NCBI GenBank assembly: GCA_032085455.1
Contig: DAMDKS010000012.1
Span: 31,869-95,868 of the forward strand
Length of the DNA stretch: 64,000 bases
Source of the DNA: Oceanobacillus sp.
Lineage (GTDB): Bacteria; Bacillota; Bacilli; Bacillales; Amphibacillaceae
Direction: 5' to 3'
Shown: piece by piece, positions 48,319 to 56,907 of the stretch
How positions within the stretch are numbered: the stretch's first letter is position 1
Layout: the number at the start of each line of letters is the position of its first letter
Position numbers and translations under genes: made by a program
Notes under the pieces: model-generated
The model's input: only the letters and a program-made list of their open reading frames with translations
What the model was told of the DNA's origin: nothing
Database searches by the model: none

Positions 48319-48572
48319 TTGGCTACACCTCCTCACTTTATTATTCCAGATTTATGCTTTCTTATTAATATTTATTGGCATTGGTCAATTTTCTATACAA
48401 ATGCTTATCAGCTTCAAAAAAACTGTATGTTCTTTTCTTCTAAAATAGCGAGTCTTGAAATACTATAGAATAAGGGAAAGTGAAGAAAAGGGGCAATTGT
48501 CTGAAATGGAGAGACTAATCCATCGTCCGTTAATTAAAATAAGGCAAGGATGTCCCGAATCAGGAGGTAAAA

Positions 48573-49751
48573 ATGATAAACGTTTCTAATAGAGTGAAAA
48601 ACCTTCCGCCGTATATATTTTCTGAATTCCAGCGTAAAAAGGCTGAGCTTGAGCGAAAAGGAGTGGATGTGATTGATTTAGGAATAGGTGCTCCTGATTT
48701 ACCTACACCTGATTTTATTTATGACAGACTGGTGAAGGAGGCAAGGAACCCTGCGAATCATCGTTATTCTCCGTACAGTGGCTGTTCTGAATTTAAAGAA
48801 GCAGTAGCAGCATTTTATCAAAAACAGTATGGTGTCAAGCTCGATCCCGAAACAGAGATTTTAACATTAATTGGCTCTAAGGAAGGTATTGCTAATCTTA
48901 TGCAGGCATTGATTAATCCGGGAGATGCAGTGCTGGTCCCTAACCCAGGCTATCCCGTATACCAGAAAGCTGTACTTTTGGCTGGAGGAGAAACACTGTT
49001 ATTGCCTTTGGATGAGAAAAAGGGCTACGTGCCGGACTTTGGACAGGTTTCTAAGAAGGAGGGGAAACGAGCCAAGTTAATGCTTCTAAACTATCCAAGC
49101 AATCCGACTGGTGCAACTGTTGAATTAGATACGCTTCAGGAAGCAGCTGCATTTGCTGAGAATAACAATATCTGTGTTGTAAATGATGCAGCTTATGACC
49201 TTGTAACATTCGATGACTATAAATCTCCAAGTGTACTGCAAGTGCCAAATGCGAGGAATTATGCTGTGGAGCTTGGTTCTTTATCGAAAAGTTTTAATAT
49301 GACGGGGTGGCGAATTGGCTATATTGCTGGTAATAAACAGGTGATTAAAGCATTAGCTACATTGAAAAGTAATATTGATTCCTCACAGTTTTTGCCTGTA
49401 CAATTGGCAGCTGCGACTGCGCTTCAGAGTGATTTATCAGCGGTTAGAGAAAATAATGAAATTTATAAAGAACGGATGGAAATTGTTTATAACGCACTAA
49501 ATGAATTGGGGATTGCTACTAAAAAGGTGAGAGGAACCATTTTTCTATGGGCTAAAGTGCCAGCAGGATTTTCCTCAAGCAGTTTTGCGGAAAAACTGCT
49601 TGAAGAGGCGGGGGTAATTGTTACACCAGGAACAGCATTTGGTTCATCTGGAGAAGGGTATATCCGAATTGCCCTAACTGTAAGCAAAGCACGATTAGAA
49701 GAAGTGATTAATCGCTTGAGAAAACTTCATTTGAAGGAGGAAAACTGCTAG
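48573..49751 (+). CDS. Class I/II PLP aminotransferase, LL-diaminopimelate aminotransferase-like
   Basis: N-terminal NLPPYIFSEF..KK, NYPSNPTG and the PLP-lysine motif SLSKSFNMTGWRIGY. Confidence 0.82.
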   Translation: MINVSNRVKNLPPYIFSEFQRKKAELERKGVDVIDLGIGAPDLPTPDFIYDRLVKEARNPANHRYSPYSGCSEFKEAVAAFYQKQYGVKLDPETEILTLIGSKEGIANLMQALINPGDAVLVPNPGYPVYQKAVLLAGGETLLLPLDEKKGYVPDFGQVSKKEGKRAKLMLLNYPSNPTGATVELDTLQEAAAFAENNNICVVNDAAYDLVTFDDYKSPSVLQVPNARNYAVELGSLSKSFNMTGWRIGYIAGNKQVIKALATLKSNIDSSQFLPVQLAAATALQSDLSAVRENNEIYKERMEIVYNALNELGIATKKVRGTIFLWAKVPAGFSSSSFAEKLLEEAGVIVTPGTAFGSSGEGYIRIALTVSKARLEEVINRLRKLHLKEENC

Positions 49752-51412
49752 TGTCTGTTGTAAATATTAAAAAAATGTCTGCAGCACATGCAATTGTCGA
49801 ATGTATGAATCGAGCATCCGTTCAAAAGGTGTTTTGTGTACCAGGGGAAAGCTATTTACCTGTACTAGATGCTTTATATGATAACAGGTGTATTGATGTC
49901 ATTTCTGCAAGACACGAAAGTGGAGCAGCTTTCATGGCGGAGGGATACGCAAAAGCTGCAAACAAGCCGGGGATTGTTTTTGCAACGAGAGGAGTAGGCG
50001 GTGCAAATTTGTCAATCGGGGTACACACTGCCTTTCAAGATTCTACACCAATGATTGTTTTTCTCGGACAGGTTCATCGTAAATTCAGGGGCAGGGAAGG
50101 CTTTCAAGAGGTTGACTTTGCGCATTTCTTTGGAAAAGTTGCAAAGTGGACAGCTGAAATAAATGATCCAGAAAGAATACCTGAAATCGTCGAGCGTGCG
50201 TTTCGAATTGCGCAAACAGGTCGGCCAGGACCAGTAGTCATTTCGCTCCCAGAGGATATCTTATCATTGGAAGCGGAAATGCAATTTGGTCCTCTTTTGC
50301 AAATTCCGAGACCAGCACCTTCAGCTCAGGATATTTTGCTGATTGAAAAGATGCTTAGGACTGCGGAAAAGCCCATTATCCTTGCTGGTGGTGGTGTGAA
50401 AAGTGCCAATGCGGAAGCTATTTTACGAACGGTTGCTGAAAAGTTCAATCTTCCGGTTCTTGCCGCATTTCGAAGGCATGATGTTTTTCCTAATAATCAC
50501 CCACTGTACGTTGGGCATTTAGGACTTGGGACGGATAAGAAAATTCTGCAGACAGTATCAGATGCAGATGTGGTGATTGCATTGGGCACAAGACTTTCAG
50601 AAGTAACGACACAGGATTACTCTATTCTTACTCCAGACAAAAAGCTGGTTCATATTGATATTGATTTTGAGACCTTAGGAAAAGTGTATGCTCCGGAAGT
50701 GGGGATTGTGGCAGATGCAAAAGAAGCATTGAAAGCGATGGAGAAAATTTCTGTGAATGCTTCCTGGTCAGCATGGGGGAAAGAGAGAAGGAAAGCATAT
50801 ACGGAAGTTAGTAATTTAGATATAAAAGAGGGGGACCCGATAAATAAACAAATCATTGATGTGCTGGCAAAGAAACTCCCGGATGAAGCAATTTTGACAA
50901 CGGATGCAGGTAATTTTGCGGGCTGGCTTCATGCTTTTTACTCATTTAAAGAAAAAGGGACGTTTGTGGGGCCGACTTCTGGAGCGATGGGATATGGCAT
51001 GCCAGCAGCACTTGGCGTAAAGCAGGCATTTCCAGATAAGACAGTTGTCTCCTTATCAGGTGATGGTGGCTTTATGATGACAATTCAGGAGCTCGAAACA
51101 GCAGGGAGGTACAACATTCCGGTAATTTGTCTCGTATTTAATAATAACATGTATGGTACGATTCGGATGCATCAGGAATTGCATTATCCGGGAAGAGTGA
51201 TAGCGACTGATTTGGAAGAAATATCTTTTTCAGACTTTGCAAAAAGCTTAGGCGTGGATGGGTATCAGGTTGCTTCTGCTGAAGCGTTTGAGCATGCTCT
51301 CAGTGAGGCTTTAAACAAAAAGAGTGCCGCCGTAATTGAAATTTTAACAGATAAAGAACAGATTTCCGTTTCAACAACGATTACGGAAATACGTAAAAAG
51401 GGGCGGGAATAG
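49751..51412 (+). CDS. Thiamine-diphosphate enzyme, acetolactate synthase large-subunit-like
   Basis: 553 aa. It has an N-terminal PYR domain (VFCVPGESYLP) and the TPP-binding GDGGFMM...NN motif. The GTG start overlaps the upstream stop, and GAAGGAGG lies upstream. Confidence 0.85.
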   Translation: MSVVNIKKMSAAHAIVECMNRASVQKVFCVPGESYLPVLDALYDNRCIDVISARHESGAAFMAEGYAKAANKPGIVFATRGVGGANLSIGVHTAFQDSTPMIVFLGQVHRKFRGREGFQEVDFAHFFGKVAKWTAEINDPERIPEIVERAFRIAQTGRPGPVVISLPEDILSLEAEMQFGPLLQIPRPAPSAQDILLIEKMLRTAEKPIILAGGGVKSANAEAILRTVAEKFNLPVLAAFRRHDVFPNNHPLYVGHLGLGTDKKILQTVSDADVVIALGTRLSEVTTQDYSILTPDKKLVHIDIDFETLGKVYAPEVGIVADAKEALKAMEKISVNASWSAWGKERRKAYTEVSNLDIKEGDPINKQIIDVLAKKLPDEAILTTDAGNFAGWLHAFYSFKEKGTFVGPTSGAMGYGMPAALGVKQAFPDKTVVSLSGDGGFMMTIQELETAGRYNIPVICLVFNNNMYGTIRMHQELHYPGRVIATDLEEISFSDFAKSLGVDGYQVASAEAFEHALSEALNKKSAAVIEILTDKEQISVSTTITEIRKKGRE

Positions 51413-51422
51413 TTATAGAGTG

Positions 51423-51467
51423 AAACTGCGATCAGCGGGTTTTTTACTATCCCACTGAACGCAGTTT
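51423..51467 (+). repeat. Intergenic hairpin repeat, copy E (truncated; 17-bp hairpin between convergent genes)
   Basis: AAACTGCGATCAGCGGG-TTTTTTACTAT-CCCACTGAACGCAGTTT. The 3' arm is identical to the CCCACTGAACGCAGTT end of the other copies. Confidence 0.65.
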
Positions 51468-51492
51468 ATTCATGTTGTTTGTGTACCTATAT

Positions 51493-52938
51493 TTACTCTA
51501 TCCCTATGGATACAAACTTTTGCTCGATATATTCTTCCATCCCATGGTGCCCGCCTTCTTTGCCGATGCCGGATTGTTTGATTCCGCCGAATGGGGCTTC
51601 TGGTGTTGCAGGGAATACATCATTCACACCAACAATGCCGTAATCAAGCTTTTCAGAGGCACGGATTGCACGACTGGTATTCTCAGTGAAGATATATGCA
51701 GCCAATCCGTATTCCGAATCATTTGCAGCGCGTATAGCGTCGTCCTCTTTGTTGAATGTTTGAATAGGAATAATAGGACCAAATGTTTCTTCACTCATAA
51801 TTACCATGTCATTGGTGACATTTGTTAGAATCGTTGGCTCGTAGAAGTATCCTTCTAAATCTCCGTTCCAAGGAGAACCGCCACAAATGACTTCTGCTCC
51901 TTTTTTAACCGCGTCTTCCAGTTGAGCATGCACCTTCTCAGATGATTTTTTATTAATCAATGGACCAATCTCTGTGTCTTTTTCCGTACCTGAGCCGATT
52001 TTTAATTGCTGCACTTTTTCAGAAAGCTTGGCAGTAAACGCTTCTGCAATTGATTCGTGTACATATAAACGATTTGTACAAATACATGTTTGCCCATTAT
52101 TTCTAAATTTACTTCCTAAAACGAGAGGCACAGCTTTTTCAATATCAGCATCTTCAAATACAATACTTGGAGCATGTCCGCCGAGCTCAAGAGACAGCTT
52201 TTTCACATGTTTTGCACTTTCTTTCATCAAGTATTTTCCTACATGCGTTGATCCTGTGAACGTGATAAGTCGAACATCTTTGCTTTCGAGCAGAGTTTTG
52301 CCAATTGTATCTGCATCTCCAGTTACCAAATTAACGACGCCATCTGGAATACCTGCCTTTTGGAAAATCTTCATGATTTCAATGGCGGAAAGGGGAGTCT
52401 CCGAAGCAGGCTTTAATACGACGGTACAGCCAGCTGCCAAGGCAGGAGCAATTTTGCGTGTAATCATGGATGATGGAAAATTCCATGGGGTAATTGCCCC
52501 AACAACTCCAACGGGTTTTGGAATAACAAGCAAGCGTTTGGAATGATTGGAAGAAGGAATCCATTCTCCATACCCTCTGCTTGCTTCCTCTGCATACCAA
52601 AGTAAAAATGCTGCAGCACCCATCACTTCACCGATTCCTTCTGCTAAAGGCTTTCCTTGTTCCAGTGTTAAAATTTCACCGAGGTGTTCCGCATTTTCCT
52701 GCATTAATTCCGCAGCTTTATATAGGATATAGGAACGTTCACGTCCTGTTGTTTCACTCCAGGAAGAGAAGGCACTTGATGCGGCTTGAATGGCTGCTTC
52801 AGTTTCTTCTCGTCCGCCATAGGCGACCTCTGTAATTGGTTCCAATGTAGCGGGATTATAAATGATTTCCGTTTTTCCCTTTACATCCTTCCAAACGCCA
52901 TTAATCCATATACTTTTCGTTATCTTTTCAAAATTCAT
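51493..52938 (-). CDS. gabD: NAD(P)-dependent succinate-semialdehyde dehydrogenase-like aldehyde dehydrogenase
   Basis: ELGGHAP, the catalytic Cys context FRNNGQTCICTNRLYV (SSADH-type) and EETFGP are present. Confidence 0.82.
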   Translation of the reverse strand: MNFEKITKSIWINGVWKDVKGKTEIIYNPATLEPITEVAYGGREETEAAIQAASSAFSSWSETTGRERSYILYKAAELMQENAEHLGEILTLEQGKPLAEGIGEVMGAAAFLLWYAEEASRGYGEWIPSSNHSKRLLVIPKPVGVVGAITPWNFPSSMITRKIAPALAAGCTVVLKPASETPLSAIEIMKIFQKAGIPDGVVNLVTGDADTIGKTLLESKDVRLITFTGSTHVGKYLMKESAKHVKKLSLELGGHAPSIVFEDADIEKAVPLVLGSKFRNNGQTCICTNRLYVHESIAEAFTAKLSEKVQQLKIGSGTEKDTEIGPLINKKSSEKVHAQLEDAVKKGAEVICGGSPWNGDLEGYFYEPTILTNVTNDMVIMSEETFGPIIPIQTFNKEDDAIRAANDSEYGLAAYIFTENTSRAIRASEKLDYGIVGVNDVFPATPEAPFGGIKQSGIGKEGGHHGMEEYIEQKFVSIGIE

Positions 52939-53041
52939 CCTTAGACCTCCTATAAATAAAGTAGATTAGGAAGCAGGTATCTTTGGGTAGTGCCCAGGTA
53001 CCTGTCCTTTGTTTCAATGCTAAATGCTCCTTTCATATATT

Positions 53042-53095
53042 AAAAAAAGCCAGCTCAAATGATATACAGCAGAGTATAAATCATTTTGCACTGGC
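53042..53095 (-). terminator. Intrinsic terminator inside the 5' leader of the SSADH-like gene
   Basis: Minus strand: GCCAGTGCAAAATGAT ... ATCATTTGAGCTGGC imperfect 15-bp stem followed by T7. It lies about 100 nt upstream of the start codon. Confidence 0.55.
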
Positions 53096-53184
53096 TTTTA
53101 ACTGTTGGATCAACCCTGGCATGGGGCTGTAAACAGATTAGGCAGCTGCTAATTTTAAGCAGTAATTAAGAATATATTAATGCT

Positions 53185-53213
53185 ATTATAGTATATTCCT
53201 AATTATTAGTAAA
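53185..53213 (-). promoter_or_regulatory. SigA-type promoter TTTACT-17-TATAAT (minus strand)
   Basis: Hexamers with 17-nt spacing. The predicted TSS is near 53178, giving a leader of about 240 nt. Confidence 0.45.
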
Positions 53214-53323
53214 CATGCTGCTGGGTGCTTTTCTAATTTTTGCTATACAGTTTTTTATCTGAATAGGGTATGTGTTGTAGAAAAGTGTCTTTTATGATAA
53301 TATAGTTTTTAATTTATTTTGAA

Positions 53324-53465
53324 TTTACTGGCAGCAAGATCCCCACTTCAAGAATTCGGGATGAAAACGAGAATTGTAAATGGAGGACAACTGCCAGTAA
53401 ATCCCCGATTGGATCAACTAACAATCAGGGGAATGAAAAAAACCCCTGCTGCATGAAGTTTCATC
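53324..53465 (+). repeat. Intergenic hairpin repeat, copy D (long composite, degenerate core)
   Basis: It contains the GAAAACGAGAATTGTAA module and the CTGCCAGTAAATCCCCGATTGGATCAACTAACAATCAGGGGAATGAAAAAAACCCCTG core. It begins with TTTACTGGCAG, the inverted complement of the internal CTGCCAGTAAA. Confidence 0.75.
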
Positions 53466-53616
53466 TTATCTAAATTATCCTTTTAAATGAAAGCGTATTC
53501 AACTTAATCTGATTATATGCTTCTAATCTTCTAACCACTAATGATGTCACATATACTTTTTAAAGAAGTTTTATGTTTTTATTTGTAAAAAATATATAGA
53601 AGAGAGGTACAGTTAT

Positions 53617-54606
53617 ATGTTGAAAGGGAAGTCGTTTTTATCTTTTATTGTAATGGCTGGTTTGCTGATTCTTGTGGCTTGCAGCGGTGGTGGGAAAAAT
53701 ATTGCGATTGGACCACCGGCGAGTGAAACAAATGGTGCATCACAACTGATTCTTGAGGCATATGGTCTATCAGAAGATGATTATACGGCATATCAAGAAG
53801 GTTTTGGTGATGCAGCTGATGGTGTACAGGATGGGAACATTGATATATCTATTGGCATATTAGGATTGCCAGCTGGAAGTATTGAGAGTTTACAAGCTTC
53901 TGCTGGTGATGTAAGACTGTTGGAACTTTCGGATGAAGCAATCAAGCATATTGAAGAAAATAGTGGTTACAGACGTTATAGCATACCAGAGGATACGTAT
54001 GATTTCATGGACTCAAGCGTTGAAACTGTGACTGCATATGCCATTCTTATGGCAAATACAGATACGATTTCAGAAGAGTTAGGTTATGAGCTTACAAAAA
54101 TTATGGTAGAAAATGCAGACGAAAATACACATGCGCAATCTGATCATATGACGATAGAAAATGCCTTGAATGGGGCGGAAGGACTGCCAATTCATCCAGG
54201 TGCAAAGCGTTATTATGAAGAACAAGGAATAGAGATTGATAATCCAGTAGCTGAGTTAAATGCTTCTGAAGAAAAATCTCAGATTGTTCTAGGTACAGGA
54301 AGTCAAGGCGGCACTTATTATCCGCTAGGTGGGGAAATGGCCAATATATGGAACAATCATATTGATGGGCTAAATATTACAAATACAGAAACAGGAGCGT
54401 CTATCGAGAATATGGTGAGCATTCGAGAGGGAGATATGGATTTAGGGATGACTGTTCACGTGCCTGCCAATGCTGCAATAAATGGGGAAGCTGATTTTGA
54501 AGGAGCAGCAGTGGAGAATGCAGCATTTATCGGTCATATCTACCCAGAAGTTGTTCAAATTATAACTCGTGAAAATACAGGAATTGAGAGCTTAGATGAT
54601 TTATAA
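53617..54606 (+). CDS. TAXI-family TRAP transporter solute-binding lipoprotein, apparently circularly permuted
   Basis: Lipobox LVAC, then the usual C-terminal half (KNIAIGPPASETNGASQLILEAYGL...LPIHPGAKRYYEEQGI). Next comes a linker, then the usual N-terminal half (IVLGTGSQGGTYYPLGGEMA...ETGASIENM...IYPEVVQIITRENTGIESLDDL-stop). Confidence 0.8.
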   Translation: MLKGKSFLSFIVMAGLLILVACSGGGKNIAIGPPASETNGASQLILEAYGLSEDDYTAYQEGFGDAADGVQDGNIDISIGILGLPAGSIESLQASAGDVRLLELSDEAIKHIEENSGYRRYSIPEDTYDFMDSSVETVTAYAILMANTDTISEELGYELTKIMVENADENTHAQSDHMTIENALNGAEGLPIHPGAKRYYEEQGIEIDNPVAELNASEEKSQIVLGTGSQGGTYYPLGGEMANIWNNHIDGLNITNTETGASIENMVSIREGDMDLGMTVHVPANAAINGEADFEGAAVENAAFIGHIYPEVVQIITRENTGIESLDDL

Positions 54607-54704
54607 AGTGACAGAAAATGAACAAAGGCAATAGAGCAGAGGTGATTACTCCTACTTGTAAAATAATTGGAAATCAATTCTATACTTTCTTATAGACCAG
54701 AAGC

Positions 54705-54756
54705 AGTAAAGGGATTCTGAAAGGGTTATCAAATCCCTTTACTATCAATTTTTTTC
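54705..54756 (+). terminator. Intercistronic rho-independent terminator/attenuator between SBP and permease
   Basis: AGTAAAGGGAT ... ATCCCTTTACT 11-bp stem followed by ATCAATTTTTTT. Confidence 0.7.
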
Positions 54757-54822
54757 TTGTGCAATCAGCAAGTTTATTATTTTGATCTATTTCTCTATAC
54801 TTAAAAAAAAGGAAGTGTTGAA

Positions 54823-56781
54823 ATGAAAGAAAACAAGGAGATGAATACTACTGAAATTCTTGAAAAATACAATAAAGAAAGTAATTACAGGAAAAATATT
54901 GGCCGCTGGGCATGGGTCGTTACTCTATTAGGAGTATCTTTAACGATTTTCCATCTCTATACCGGCTACTTTGGTACACTTCCTTCACAAATGCAAGGTG
55001 CTTTTCACTTGGGGACAGCTTTAGGTATTATCTTTATTTTATTTCCTGCTAAAAAAGGATGGCATAAAAAACAAAAAACAGTACCTTGGTATGATGTCGT
55101 CTTGGCTTTTACCGCTATGTATGTGACCTACCATAAAATAATATTTTTTGATTCAATTTTACAAAGCAGAATTACGGGCTACAGTACACTTGATGTGATT
55201 ATCTCAATATTAGGGATTCTTCTACTGTTAGAAGCAACACGGCGAACTGTGGGAGTACCAATTGTAATTGTTGCCTCTGTTACACTTCTTTATGCTCTAT
55301 TTGGCAATATTATTCCTACACAAATTTTATCGCATCCCGGCTTTGCTTTTGAGCGGCTTGCGACGGATATATGGTATAAGGAAAGTGGTGTTTTTGGCAC
55401 ACCGATTCAAATATCAGCCAAGTTCATCTTCCTCTTTTTATTTTTTGGGGTTATTCTTGTAAATACGAAAATAGGTGAATTCTTTAATAATTTAGCATTT
55501 GCACTCACAGGACGATTCACTGGTGGCACAGCTAAAGCTGCAGTAACTGCAAGTGCATTACAAGGAATGGTTTCAGGCAGTTCTGTAGGAAATACAGTTG
55601 CATCCGGTTCCTTTACAATACCTATGATGAAAAAGTCAGGATTTAAACCAGAGTTTGCGGCCGCTACAGAAGCCTCGGCATCGACTGGTGGTCAAATTAT
55701 GCCACCTTTAATGGGGGCTGCGGCGTTTATCATGATGGAATATTTAGGTGTATCCTATGCAACGATTATGTTGGCAGCGATTATCCCGGCAATTTTATAC
55801 TTTACCGGTATTTTCATAGGTACCCATTTTGAAGCTAAGAAGCTCAAAATATATGGCTTGCCAAAAGCAGACTTACCGAGTTTTCGAAAGCTGATGGCTA
55901 AAAATTGGTACATGCTTTTACCAGTAGTCGTTATTATTGGTACGATTATGATTGGTTTTACTCCGCAAAGAGCTGCAATTATGGGGATTGTTACATCATT
56001 TGTTATAAGTTTTATTCATAAAGAGTCGCGAATGGGCTTTAAAAAAATCATTTATGTACTCGAGCAAGGAGCACGTGTTGCTTTACCGGTAATTGCTGCA
56101 GTAGGTACAGCCGGCATTATTGCTGGAGTTGTCAGTATCACAGGACTTGGAGCAAAGTTCGCTTCTGGCATCATTGCACTTTCTGGTGGAATATTAATCT
56201 TCGCACTTTTTTTCACAATGATTGCTTGTCTCGTTCTTGGAATGGGGCTGCCAACGACAGCAAACTATGTGGTTACGGCGACTGTTGCAGCGCCAGTGCT
56301 AATTAATGAATTTGGTGTTGCTCCAATTGCTGCACATATGTTTGTATTCTATTTCGGAATAGCAGCTGATATTACTCCACCGGTATGTCTTGCAGCATAT
56401 GCCGGAGCTGGAATAGCGCGGGCTAACCCTTTCACTTCAGGGATGATAGCTGTTAAGCTCGCCATTGCTGCATTTATTGTGCCATATATATTTGTTTATA
56501 ATGAAATTCTCGTACTCGTGAATGTACAAGTATTTCCGCTTATTTTGGGACTAATAACGGCGCTAATCGGAATGATGGCTGTAAGCAGCGCGGTAATCGG
56601 ACATTTTATGCGAGATTCCTATATGTGGGAAAGAATGATTTTATTTGCTGCTGGAATCATCCTGATTATCCCGAATATAATCAGCAGTTCCATCGGATTA
56701 ATATTAGTTCTTGGCATTTATTTCATACAGAAAAAGCGAAAGGATGATTCGGGTAATATGGAAGTGAGGGCATTCTTATAA
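54823..56781 (+). CDS. TRAP transporter fused permease (TAXI-associated 4TM/12TM DctQ-DctM fusion)
   Basis: 652-aa polytopic protein immediately downstream of the TAXI SBP. RBS is AAGGAAG. Confidence 0.88.
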   Translation: MKENKEMNTTEILEKYNKESNYRKNIGRWAWVVTLLGVSLTIFHLYTGYFGTLPSQMQGAFHLGTALGIIFILFPAKKGWHKKQKTVPWYDVVLAFTAMYVTYHKIIFFDSILQSRITGYSTLDVIISILGILLLLEATRRTVGVPIVIVASVTLLYALFGNIIPTQILSHPGFAFERLATDIWYKESGVFGTPIQISAKFIFLFLFFGVILVNTKIGEFFNNLAFALTGRFTGGTAKAAVTASALQGMVSGSSVGNTVASGSFTIPMMKKSGFKPEFAAATEASASTGGQIMPPLMGAAAFIMMEYLGVSYATIMLAAIIPAILYFTGIFIGTHFEAKKLKIYGLPKADLPSFRKLMAKNWYMLLPVVVIIGTIMIGFTPQRAAIMGIVTSFVISFIHKESRMGFKKIIYVLEQGARVALPVIAAVGTAGIIAGVVSITGLGAKFASGIIALSGGILIFALFFTMIACLVLGMGLPTTANYVVTATVAAPVLINEFGVAPIAAHMFVFYFGIAADITPPVCLAAYAGAGIARANPFTSGMIAVKLAIAAFIVPYIFVYNEILVLVNVQVFPLILGLITALIGMMAVSSAVIGHFMRDSYMWERMILFAAGIILIIPNIISSSIGLILVLGIYFIQKKRKDDSGNMEVRAFL

Positions 56782-56907
56782 AACGCTGATTCTTTAATCC
56801 TATATGGTTTTCTCGTGCTTTTAGTGTTACGATATTTTTGGGAATTAGGATTCTTGCATTTATTTTTATAGAGCCTATAATGTGAGATAACAAATGAATA
56901 TTTTAAT

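Noticed and set aside
48337-48572. Possible lysine (L-box) riboswitch upstream of the DapL-like aminotransferase
   Set aside because: The leader is only about 235 nt. It lacks the conserved L-box helices and motifs (e.g. the AGAGGNGC start and the GGTGCC...CTGTC core).
51472-52835. Several plus-strand ORFs (118, 190, 61 and 84 aa) inside the aldehyde dehydrogenase locus
   Set aside because: They are antisense shadows of the well-supported SSADH-like gene. I saw no family resemblance and no RBS.
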